Shown piece after piece: positions 1 through 9,026 of a stretch of DNA of 64,000 nt. Position 1 is the first letter of the stretch. Each line of letters starts with the position of its first letter. The notes beneath the pieces were generated by a model, which saw nothing but the letters and a program-made list of their open reading frames with translations, was not told where the DNA came from and did not search any database. The position numbers were made by a program, and so were the translations under genes. The stretch lies in contig OZ251219.1 of NCBI GenBank assembly GCA_965240465.1, positions 256,001-320,000 on the forward strand, given 5' to 3'. This DNA comes from a bacterium (GTDB taxonomy: Bacteria > SAR324 > JACQKK01).

Positions 1-1
1 A

Positions 2-121
2 CTGGACGCCCTCTGCCAAACACGAACTATACACTGGAACTGGATCCCCGCCCACACAGGACACCCCGAAAACGAACTCTGCGACCAACTCGCCAACCTA
101 GCACGCCTTAAACTAAAATAA
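2..121 (+). CDS. rnhA: 3' end of ribonuclease HI (partial at the window edge; either the intact gene's end or another duplicated remnant)
   Basis: Hand translation LDALCQTRTIHWNWIPAHTGHPENELCDQLANLARLKLK* matches the RNase HI C-terminal motif (E. coli [20 protein letters not shown]); TAA at 119-121. Confidence 0.75.
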   Translation: MDALCQTRTIHWNWIPAHTGHPENELCDQLANLARLKLK

Positions 122-125
122 AAAA

Positions 126-150
126 TGGGGCAGATAATAAATCTGCCCCA
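126..150 (-). terminator. Intrinsic terminator hairpin downstream of the first lipoprotein gene
   Basis: TGGGGCAGAT-aataa-ATCTGCCCCA perfect 10-bp stem followed by a T run on the minus strand, 10 nt after the stop codon. Confidence 0.7.
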
Positions 151-159
151 ATACTCTAA

Positions 160-3100
160 CTACTGAACACCAATAACATCAACTTGGAGCTGATCACAAT
201 TGTTATTGTTATTGGCTACTTCCTCAGCATATCCACCACTACCATCACTACTAACACAAACTGTATAGTAATATGTCGTATCGTTTGCCACAGTTGGCAC
301 CGTAATACTCCCAGAGGTAAGCTCACGGTAGGCATCGGAGTTGCTCAAGTTGGCGGCGGCAACTGCAGCATCGGCGGAGGTATCTACATTAGTAGTAGTA
401 ACCGACGATATCTTCTTGGCACCATCATCAGCAGGAACAATGGCGGCACTATCCGTGGATCTATAATAGTCAAATGTTAGAGTACCTGGAGTACCTGAAT
501 CCCAATCTCCTATGTTCACAACCTTAAAGCTAAGTGTTATATCACTATTAGATTGAACATTGCCATCGGTGGGAGTAGCTAAAGCTAAACCAAACAGACT
601 TAGATCAGGGGTCTCATTGCCGGTGACACCCACATTCACCTTAATCTTACTGGTACAGTTGTTGTCGGGGTTTGAATCCGCAGTGCTACCAGAACCAGTA
701 CTTGTTACACAAGCGTAATAATAATATACGCCTGGAGGGCCTATCGCTGGAAAAGTCGTACCCTTAGCAGGAGTGGCCGAGCCAGAGGCCACTCCAGTCC
801 CAACCAGAGCATTTATAGCAATTTCCCCTACAGTTCCCGTTCCCACGGCTTCTGCAGCAACGGGGCTGGTGATACTATTATTGCTAGCAGAGCGGTAATA
901 TTTCAGTGTTTCCGCCGCCGAGGATGCACTCCCAACGTTATACACCCTAGCAGAGAAGGTAACATTCTGATCCAGGATGAGATCTTGGGTACCGGACAAT
1001 TTACCCATTTCTAGATCAGGGGCGGGGAGTACGATCACCTTAACCTTCTTGCTACAGTTGTTGGTGAGGTTTGAATCCGCAGTGCTACCAGAACCAGTAC
1101 TTGTTACACAAGCGTAATAATAATACACGCCACCATTCGCTGAAAAAGACTTATCACCAACGGCTACTCCATTCGCATCCAAAGCAGATATAGTAACTGT
1201 TGCTCCTGTAACAATTTCTCCAGCAACGGGGCTGGTGATAACATTACTGTTCTCAGAGAGGTAATATTGCAATGTTTCCTCCACTGAGGATACACCCCCA
1301 ATGTTCTCCACCTGCACCGAGAATTCAACATTTTCATTAGAGTCCGAGTCAACAGTGTCGTCAGCAATTGTCAATTCACCCATTTGTGGATCGGGGGGGG
1401 TATTCACGATCACCTCAACTATATTGCTGCAGTTGGTGGCGGTTCCCGTATTAGTTACACAAGCGAAGTAATAATATGTGTTAGCAGGACCTGCCACTGT
1501 CAAAGTACTAGTATCAGAGTATGTATTTGTAGCTGTACCACTCTCAGTCAAAGCAGATACGGTAACACTTTCAATGGAGGTTAGTGATTGAGGGTTATTA
1601 CTGGCAGTAGTAGAGCGGTAATAACTCAGTGTTTCCGACCCCGAGGCTATATTCCCTCCGTTAGTCACAATCACCGCAAAAGCAGCATCGCCACCCACGG
1701 TAATAGAAGCTGTGTCACTACTACCACCGACCGTCAATGTACCCAAGGTTAGATTAGCTAGGGCCGCGGTGACGCCCACCGCAACTGTATTGCTGCAGTT
1801 GGTGGCGGTTCCCGTATTAGTTACACAAGCGTAGTAATAATATGTGCCAGCATGGCCTGTCACTGTCAAAGTACTAGCACCAGAGTATGTATTTGTACTA
1901 GCATCTGTACCACTCTTAGTCAAAGCAGATACGGTAACATCTTTAATGGAGGTTAGTGATTGAGGGTCATTACTGTCAGTAGTAGAGCGGTAATAACTCA
2001 GTGTTTCCTCCACCGAGGCTATATTCCCTTCGTTAGTCACAGTCACCGCAAAAGCAGCATCTCCATCCACGGCAATAGAAGCTGTGTCACTACCACCGAC
2101 CGTCAATGTACCCAAGGTTAGATCAGCTGCCTGGGCCGCGATGACGCCCACCCCAACTGTATTGCTGCAGTCGACGGTGCCTCCCGTATTAGTTACACAA
2201 GCGTAGTAATAATAGACGTCATTAACAGTACCTAACACTGAAAAAGTCTTAGTATTAGAGAATGTATTTGTACTAGCAATTGTACCATTCTTAGTCAAAG
2301 TATTAACAGTAACCACCCCCGTAATAGCGGTGCCATCAGTAGTATTATTGTTAGCATTGCTGTAATAGGTTAGTGTTTCAGATTCCGAGTCTGCATTCCC
2401 TTTGTTAGTCACAGTCACCGTAAAATCAGCACTGCCACCCTCGGCAACAGTAGCAACTATGCTACTATTATTGACCGTCAATGTACCCAAGGTTAGATTA
2501 GCTGCCTGGACCGCGGAGACGGTCACCGCAACTGTATTGCTGCAGTTGGTGGCGGTTCCCGTACTTACACAAGCGTAGTAATAATAGGTGGTGCCAACAG
2601 TACCTGTTACTGTCAAAGTACTAGCATCAGAGTATGTATTTGTAGTTGTACCACTATCAGTCAAAACATCTACGGTAACACTTTTAATGGAGGTAGCTAG
2701 TGGTTGAGGGTCACTACTGTTACTATCAGAGCGGTAATACTTCAGTGTTTCCGACCCCGAGGCTATATTCCCTTCGTTAGTCACAATCACCGCAAAATCA
2801 GCAGTGCCACCCACGGTAATAGAAGCTGTGCTGCCACCACCGACCGTCAATGTACCCAAGGTTAGATTAGCTGCCTGGACCGCGGAGACGGTCACCGCAA
2901 CTGTATTGCTGCAGTTGGTGGCGGTTCCCGTACTTACACAAGCGTAGTAATAATAGGTGGTGCCAACAGTACCTGTCACTGTCAAAGTACTAGTATCAGA
3001 GTATGTATTTGTACTAGAACTTGTACCACTCTCAGTCAAAGTACTAACTTTAACCGTCCCCGTGGCGGTGCCACCAGTAGTACTATTGCTAGCATTGCTG

Positions 3101-5193
3101 TAATAGGTTAGTGTCTCAGATGCCGAGGCTATATTCCCTTCGTTAGTCACAGTCACCGTAAAATCAGCACTGCCACCCACGGTAACAGCAGCTGTGTTGA
3201 CCGTCAATGCACCCAAGGTTAGATTAGCTGCCTGGGCCGCGGTGACTTCCACCGCAACTGTATTGCTACAGTTGGTGGTGCTTCCCGTGCTTACACAAGC
3301 GAAGTAATAATAGGTGGTGCCAACAGTACCTGTCACTGTCAAAGTACTAGCATCAGAGTATGTATTTGTAGTTGTACCACTATCAGTCAAAACATCTACG
3401 GTAACACTTTTAATGGAGGTAGCTAGTGGTTGAGGGTCACTACTGTTACTATCAGAGCGGTAATACTTCAGTGTTTCCGACCCCGAGGCTATATTCCCTT
3501 CGTTAGTCACAATCACCGCAAAATCAGCAGTGCCACCCACGGTAATAGAAGCTGTGCTGCCACCACCGACCGTCAATGTACCCAAGGTTAGATTAGCTGC
3601 CTGGGGGGGGGCCGCGGTGACGGACACCGCAACTGTATTGCTACAGTTGGTGGTGCTTCCCGTACTTACACAAGCGTAGTAATAATAGGTGGTGCCAACA
3701 GTACCTGTCACTGTCAAAGTACTAGTATCAGAGTATGTATTTGTACTAGAACTTGTACCACTCTCAGTCAAAGTACTAACTTTAACCGTCCCCGTGGCGG
3801 TGCCACCAGTAGTACTATTGCTAGCATTGCTGTAATAGGTTAGTGTCTCAGATGCCGAGGCTATATTCCCTTCGTTAGTCACAATCACCGCAAAATCAGC
3901 AGTGCCACCCACGGTAATAGAAGCTGTGCTGCCACCACCGACCGTCAATGTACCCAAGGTTAGATTAGCTGCCTGGGGGGGGGCCGCGGTGACGGACACC
4001 GCAACTGTATTGCTACAGTTGGTGGTGCTTCCCGTACTTACACAAGCGTAGTAATAATAGGTGGTGCCAACAGTACCTGTCACTGTCAAAGTACTAGTAT
4101 CAGAGTATGTATTTGTACTAGAACTTGTACCACTCTCAGTCAAAGTACTAACTTTAACCGTCCCCGTGGCGGTGCCACCAGTAGTACTATTGCTAGCATT
4201 GCTGTAATAGGTTAGTGTCTCAGATGCCGAGGCTATATTCCCTTCGTTAGTCACAGTCACCGCAAAAGTAGCATCTTCACCCACGGTAACAGAAGCTGTG
4301 CTGCCACCACCGACCGTCAATGCACCCAAGGTTAGATTAGATTGGGCCGCGGTGACGGACACCGCAACTCGCGAGCTGCAGTCGTTGTTGGAGTTTGTAT
4401 CTTCAGCACTATCAGTACCATTACTTGTCACACAAGCGTAATAATAATATGTGCCAGCAGTGTTTGGCACTTGAACCGTCGCATCATGAGATTCTTCACC
4501 AACTCCTGCAGTCAAAACACCTATATCATCATCCTTACCCGCAATGGCGGTGCCATCAGCAGTCATACTGCTAGCACGGTAATAGGTTAGTGTCTCAGCT
4601 ACCGAGTCTGCACTCCCAACATTCCTCACTCTCACTGAAAGCACAACATCTCCACCCGTGACAGCAGTATCTGGATTAACTGCAAATTGATCCACTCCTA
4701 GATCCGCTTTAGCAGTTTCGGTAAAGATAACTTCCTTGCCAGCGGTACAATCATTGCTGGTGTCGGTGTCATCGGTCGTTACTACACAAGCTCCGTAGAA
4801 AACTGACTTTGCAGTGTCTTCGGTAGCGGTGGTACTTAATTCATCGGACAATGCTCCTCCATCCAAACTAGTGATAGAGGTGTCTGTTAGTACTTCATCA
4901 TCGGAGGTAATAGTTTCGTCTGCAGACTTGTAAAAGGTTACAGTTACGGCTCCTGAAGTGGCTGCTGTCCCTTGATTTTTCACCTTCAAGGAAAGTGTTA
5001 CGTTAGTGTCTTTAACAACGCTGGTGGGACTGACAGCAAAATCATCTGGTATTAAATCAACCCCAGTAGTTTTTGTGCTGGAGGAGTTACTGCCACCACC
5101 ACCACAGGAGGTTAAGAAGAGTGCCGGCAGGACAGTTAACAAAAAGGCAGGCAGAGCTGCGAATTTTAAGAAAGATTGGATGTTTTTATTCAT
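160..5193 (-). CDS. Large surface lipoprotein with 13 CARDB/Ig-like modules
   Basis: Signal peptide with lipobox LTSC then poly-Gly; 13 modules of about 120 aa, each with DL/NL...V.N.G...YY...YYYACV...NC. Confidence 0.85.
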   Translation of the reverse strand: MNKNIQSFLKFAALPAFLLTVLPALFLTSCGGGGSNSSSTKTTGVDLIPDDFAVSPTSVVKDTNVTLSLKVKNQGTAATSGAVTVTFYKSADETITSDDEVLTDTSITSLDGGALSDELSTTATEDTAKSVFYGACVVTTDDTDTSNDCTAGKEVIFTETAKADLGVDQFAVNPDTAVTGGDVVLSVRVRNVGSADSVAETLTYYRASSMTADGTAIAGKDDDIGVLTAGVGEESHDATVQVPNTAGTYYYYACVTSNGTDSAEDTNSNNDCSSRVAVSVTAAQSNLTLGALTVGGGSTASVTVGEDATFAVTVTNEGNIASASETLTYYSNASNSTTGGTATGTVKVSTLTESGTSSSTNTYSDTSTLTVTGTVGTTYYYYACVSTGSTTNCSNTVAVSVTAAPPQAANLTLGTLTVGGGSTASITVGGTADFAVIVTNEGNIASASETLTYYSNASNSTTGGTATGTVKVSTLTESGTSSSTNTYSDTSTLTVTGTVGTTYYYYACVSTGSTTNCSNTVAVSVTAAPPQAANLTLGTLTVGGGSTASITVGGTADFAVIVTNEGNIASGSETLKYYRSDSNSSDPQPLATSIKSVTVDVLTDSGTTTNTYSDASTLTVTGTVGTTYYYFACVSTGSTTNCSNTVAVEVTAAQAANLTLGALTVNTAAVTVGGSADFTVTVTNEGNIASASETLTYYSNASNSTTGGTATGTVKVSTLTESGTSSSTNTYSDTSTLTVTGTVGTTYYYYACVSTGTATNCSNTVAVTVSAVQAANLTLGTLTVGGGSTASITVGGTADFAVIVTNEGNIASGSETLKYYRSDSNSSDPQPLATSIKSVTVDVLTDSGTTTNTYSDASTLTVTGTVGTTYYYYACVSTGTATNCSNTVAVTVSAVQAANLTLGTLTVNNSSIVATVAEGGSADFTVTVTNKGNADSESETLTYYSNANNNTTDGTAITGVVTVNTLTKNGTIASTNTFSNTKTFSVLGTVNDVYYYYACVTNTGGTVDCSNTVGVGVIAAQAADLTLGTLTVGGSDTASIAVDGDAAFAVTVTNEGNIASVEETLSYYRSTTDSNDPQSLTSIKDVTVSALTKSGTDASTNTYSGASTLTVTGHAGTYYYYACVTNTGTATNCSNTVAVGVTAALANLTLGTLTVGGSSDTASITVGGDAAFAVIVTNGGNIASGSETLSYYRSTTASNNPQSLTSIESVTVSALTESGTATNTYSDTSTLTVAGPANTYYYFACVTNTGTATNCSNIVEVIVNTPPDPQMGELTIADDTVDSDSNENVEFSVQVENIGGVSSVEETLQYYLSENSNVITSPVAGEIVTGATVTISALDANGVAVGDKSFSANGGVYYYYACVTSTGSGSTADSNLTNNCSKKVKVIVLPAPDLEMGKLSGTQDLILDQNVTFSARVYNVGSASSAAETLKYYRSASNNSITSPVAAEAVGTGTVGEIAINALVGTGVASGSATPAKGTTFPAIGPPGVYYYYACVTSTGSGSTADSNPDNNCTSKIKVNVGVTGNETPDLSLFGLALATPTDGNVQSNSDITLSFKVVNIGDWDSGTPGTLTFDYYRSTDSAAIVPADDGAKKISSVTTTNVDTSADAAVAAANLSNSDAYRELTSGSITVPTVANDTTYYYTVCVSSDGSGGYAEEVANNNNNCDQLQVDVIGVQ

Positions 5194-5243
5194 TTTTTCC
5201 TCATTAGAAGATTGTCAGCATATTCTACTCATAACCAAGTCGC

Positions 5244-5272
5244 AGGTTATCACACCGTTTTGAGGAATGCAA
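5244..5272 (-). promoter_or_regulatory. Putative sigma70 promoter of the lipoprotein gene; homologous sequence lies upstream of all five paralogues
   Basis: Minus strand TTGCAT-17 nt-TAACCT; the copy upstream of the fifth paralogue reads TTGCAT-17 nt-TAGCAT; GAGG Shine-Dalgarno before the ATG. Confidence 0.45.
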
Positions 5273-5302
5273 CAAAGAAGCTGCTAGGAATGAAGAAACC
5301 AA

Positions 5303-5422
5303 CTGGACGCCCTCTGCCAAACACGAACAATACACTGGAACTGGATCCCCGCCCACACAGGACACCCCGAAAACGAACTCTGCGACCAACTCGCCAACCA
5401 AGCACGCCTTAAACTAAAATAA
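5303..5422 (+). pseudogene. rnhA: rnhA 3' fragment, copy 2
   Basis: LDALCQTRTIHWNWIPAHTGHPENELCDQLANQARLKLK*; in-frame TGA at 5291-5293 just upstream and no start codon. Confidence 0.8.
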
Positions 5423-5426
5423 AAAA

Positions 5427-5499
5427 TGGGGCAGATAATAAATCTGCCCCAAAGAAAACCACTTAAAAAAAGAAGCGGGGCAGATTTATTATCTGCCCC
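5427..5499. terminator. Pair of GGGGCAGAT-N5-ATCTGCCCC hairpins in opposite orientation
   Basis: Hairpins at 5427-5451 (loop aataa) and 5477-5499 (loop ttatt). Confidence 0.65.
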
Positions 5500-5509
5500 C
5501 ATACTCTAA

Positions 5510-8500
5510 CTACTGAATGACATCAACTCGGAGCTGATCACAATTGTTATTGTTATTGGCTGCTTCCTCATTAGCGTCACTAACACAAACTGTATAGTAA
5601 TATGTCGTATCGGATGCCACATTTTGCACCGTAATATTCCCAGAGGTAACCTTACGGAGTCTCCCATTCTTATCCAAGCTGGCATCTGCAGCGGCGGCGG
5701 TGGTATCTGTATTAGCAGTAGTAACCGACGATATCTTCTTGCCAACATCATCAGCAGGAACAATGGCGGTGCTATCCTCAGAGACATAATAGTCAAATGT
5801 TATATTACCTGAATCCACATCTCCTATGTTCACAACCCCAAAGCTAAGTGTTATATCACCACTAGATTGAACATTGCCATTGGTGGGAGTAGCTAAAGCT
5901 AAACCAAACACACTTAGATCAGGGGTACCATTGCCGGTGACACCCACATTCACCTTAAGCTTACTGGTACAGTTGTCGTCGGGGTTTGAATCTGCGGTGC
6001 TACCAGAACCAGTTGTTACACAAGCGTAATAATAATATACGCCTGTATTGCCTGTTATTGAAAATTTCTTATCAGCATCGGCTAAACCACCAGCAGCCAA
6101 AACATCTACAGTAACTACTTGTGCTGGCACAATGGCTTCTGAAGCAACGGGGCTGGTGATATTATTATTGCTAGTAGAGCGGTAATATGTCAGTGTTCCC
6201 GCCGCCGAGTCTGCACTCCCAGCGTTCCTCACACCACTCCCCACATAGAAGGTAGCCTCAGCATTCGAGTTCTGATATTGGTTATTGACTGAAAATCCAT
6301 CCCCCCCCCTTACTACTAGATCAGGGGCGGGGAGTACTATCACCTTAACCTTATTGCTACAGTTGTTGGTGAGGTCTGAATCTGCGGTGCTACCAGAACC
6401 AGTACTTGTTAAACAAGCGTAATAATAATATACGCCACCATTCGCTGAAAAAGAATTATCACCAGAGGCTATTCCATCCGCACCCAAAGCAGATATAGCA
6501 ACTGTTTCTCCTGCAACAATTTCTGTCCCATCGGGGCTGGTGATAACATTACTGTTCTCAGAGCGGTAATATTGCAATGTTTCCGCCACTGAGGATACAC
6601 CCCCAATGTTCTCCACCTGCACCGAGAATTGAACTTTTTCATTAGAGTCCGAGTCAACAGTGTCGTCAGCAATTGTCAATTCACCCATTTGTGGATCTGG
6701 GGTGGTGGTGGCGGCGGCATTCACGGTCACCGCAACTGTATTGCTACAGTTGGTGGCGGTTCCCGTACTTACACAAGCGAAGTAATAATAGGTGGTGCCA
6801 ACAGTACCTGTCACTGTCAAAGTACTACCACCAGGGGCTGTACCATTCACATCCAAAGCAGATATGGCAACATCTTTAATGGAGGTAGCTAGTGGTTGAG
6901 GGTTATTACTGTCAGTAGTAGAGCGGTAATACTTCAGTGTTTCTGACACCGAGGCTGCATTCCCGCTGTTAGTCACAGTCACCGCAAAAGTAGCATCTCC
7001 ATCCACGGTAACAGAAGCTGTGCTGCCACCACCGACCGTCAATGTACCCAAGGTTAGATTAGCTGCCTGGATCGCGGAGACGGTCACCGCAACTGTATTG
7101 CTGCAGTTGGTGGCGGTTCCCGTACTTACACAAGCGTAGTAATAATAGGTGGTGCCAACAGTACCTGTCACTGTCAAAGTACTAGTATCAGAGAATGTAT
7201 TTGTACTAGCAATTGTACCACTCTTAGTCAAAGCAGATACGATAACATCTTTAATGGAGGTAGCTAGTGGTTGAGGGTTATTACTGTCAGTAGTAGAGCG
7301 ATAATACTTCAGTGTTTCTGACACCGAGGCTGCAGTCCCGCTGTTAGTCACAGTCACCGCAAAATCAACATTGCCACCCTCGGTAATAGAAGCTGTGCTG
7401 CCACCACCGACCGTCAATGTACCCAAGGTTAGATTAGCTGCCAGGGCCGCGGTGACGCCCACCGCAACTGTATTGCTGCAGTTGGTGGCGGTTCCCGTAC
7501 TTACACAAGCGTAGTAATAATAGATCTCATTAGCAGTACCTAACACTGAAAAAGTCTTAGTATTAGAGAATGTATTTGTACTAGCAATTGTACCATTCTT
7601 AGTCAAAGCATTAACAGTAACCACCCCCGTAATAGCGGTGCCACCAGTAGTATTATTGTTAGTATTGCTGTAATAGGTTAGTGTTTCAGATTCCGAGTCT
7701 GCATTCCCTTTGTTAGTCACAGTCACCGTAAAATCAGCACTGCCACCCTCGGTAACAGCAATAGCTGTGCTACTATCATTGACCTTCAATGTACCCAAGG
7801 TTAGATTAGCTGCAGCTGCCTGGGCCGCGGTGACGGTCACCGCAACTGTATTGCTACAGTTGGTGGTGCTTCCCGTACTTACACAAGCGAAGTAATAATA
7901 GGTGGTGCCAACAGTACCTGTCACTGTCAAAGTACTACCACCAGGGGCTGTACCATTCACATCCAAAGCAGATATGGCAACATCTTCAATGGAGGTTAGT
8001 GATTGAGGGTCATTATTGCCATCAGTAGTAGAGCGGTAATACTTCAGTGTTTCTGACACCGAGGCTGCATTCCCGCTGTTAGTCACAGTCACCGCAAAAG
8101 TAGCATCTCCATCCACGGTAACAGAAGCTGTGCTGCCACCACCGACCGTCAATGCACCCAAGGTTAGATTAGCTGCCTGGGAGGGGGGCGCGGTGACTTC
8201 CACCGCAACTCGCGAGCTGCAGTCGTTGTTGGAGTTTGTATCTTCAGCACTACCAGTACCACTACTTGTCACACAAGCGTAATAATAATATGTGCCAGCA
8301 GTGTTTGGCACTTGAACCGTCGCATCATCAGAGAATGTATTTGCATTAGGATCTGTACCACTCAAAACACCTACATCAGCATCCTTACCCGCAATGGCGG
8401 TGCCAGCAACAGCAATATCGCTAGTATCAGCGCGGTAATAGGTTAGTGTCTCAGCTGCCGAGTCTGCACTCCCACTATTCCTCACTATCACCGAAAGCAC

Positions 8501-8707
8501 AACCTCACCACTCGGGGCAATAGTACTTGGATTAACTGCAAATTGATCCACTCCTAGATCCGCTTTAGCAGTTTTTGTGCCGGAGGAGTTACTGCCGCCG
8601 CCGCCGCCGCCACCACCACAGGAGGTTAAGAAGAGTGCCGGCAGGACAGTTAACAAAAAGGCAGGCAGAGCTGCGAATTTTAAGAAAGATTGGATGTTTT
8701 TATTCAT
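5510..8707 (-). CDS. CARDB/Ig-like repeat lipoprotein, paralogue 2 (8 modules)
   Basis: Same signal peptide and lipobox as 160..5193; modules shared near-identically with paralogue 1. Confidence 0.85.
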   Translation of the reverse strand: MNKNIQSFLKFAALPAFLLTVLPALFLTSCGGGGGGGGSNSSGTKTAKADLGVDQFAVNPSTIAPSGEVVLSVIVRNSGSADSAAETLTYYRADTSDIAVAGTAIAGKDADVGVLSGTDPNANTFSDDATVQVPNTAGTYYYYACVTSSGTGSAEDTNSNNDCSSRVAVEVTAPPSQAANLTLGALTVGGGSTASVTVDGDATFAVTVTNSGNAASVSETLKYYRSTTDGNNDPQSLTSIEDVAISALDVNGTAPGGSTLTVTGTVGTTYYYFACVSTGSTTNCSNTVAVTVTAAQAAAANLTLGTLKVNDSSTAIAVTEGGSADFTVTVTNKGNADSESETLTYYSNTNNNTTGGTAITGVVTVNALTKNGTIASTNTFSNTKTFSVLGTANEIYYYYACVSTGTATNCSNTVAVGVTAALAANLTLGTLTVGGGSTASITEGGNVDFAVTVTNSGTAASVSETLKYYRSTTDSNNPQPLATSIKDVIVSALTKSGTIASTNTFSDTSTLTVTGTVGTTYYYYACVSTGTATNCSNTVAVTVSAIQAANLTLGTLTVGGGSTASVTVDGDATFAVTVTNSGNAASVSETLKYYRSTTDSNNPQPLATSIKDVAISALDVNGTAPGGSTLTVTGTVGTTYYYFACVSTGTATNCSNTVAVTVNAAATTTPDPQMGELTIADDTVDSDSNEKVQFSVQVENIGGVSSVAETLQYYRSENSNVITSPDGTEIVAGETVAISALGADGIASGDNSFSANGGVYYYYACLTSTGSGSTADSDLTNNCSNKVKVIVLPAPDLVVRGGDGFSVNNQYQNSNAEATFYVGSGVRNAGSADSAAGTLTYYRSTSNNNITSPVASEAIVPAQVVTVDVLAAGGLADADKKFSITGNTGVYYYYACVTTGSGSTADSNPDDNCTSKLKVNVGVTGNGTPDLSVFGLALATPTNGNVQSSGDITLSFGVVNIGDVDSGNITFDYYVSEDSTAIVPADDVGKKISSVTTANTDTTAAAADASLDKNGRLRKVTSGNITVQNVASDTTYYYTVCVSDANEEAANNNNNCDQLRVDVIQ

Positions 8708-8816
8708 TTTTTCCTCATTAGAAGATTGTCAGCATATTTTACTCATAACCAAGTTACAGGTTATCACACCGTTTTGAGGAATGCAACAAAGAAGCTGCTA
8801 GGAATGAAGAAACCAA

Positions 8817-8936
8817 CTGGACGCCCTCTGCCAAACACGAACAATACACTGGAACTGGATCCCCGCCCACACAGGACACCCCGAAAACGAACTCTGCGAC
8901 CAACTCGCCAACCAAGCACGCCTTAAACTAAAATAA
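8817..8936 (+). pseudogene. rnhA: rnhA 3' fragment, copy 3
   Basis: Same sequence as 5303..5422. Confidence 0.8.
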
Positions 8937-9026
8937 AAAATGGGGCAGACGATAAATCTGCCCCAATACTCTAACTACTGAACACCAATTGGTGGGAGTG
9001 CTAAACCTAAATCAAACACCTCTAGA

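Noticed and set aside
5176-5412. 78-aa plus-strand ORF and its copies (8690..8926, 11745..11975) as a small protein family
   Set aside because: They overlap the lipoprotein start and promoter antisense, change frame between copies, and the recognisable coding signal (RNase HI) is in a different frame
5194-5509. Repeated spacer as a riboswitch, ncRNA or MITE
   Set aside because: Explained by promoter + rnhA tail + terminator; no terminal inverted repeats, target duplications or known RNA motif recognised
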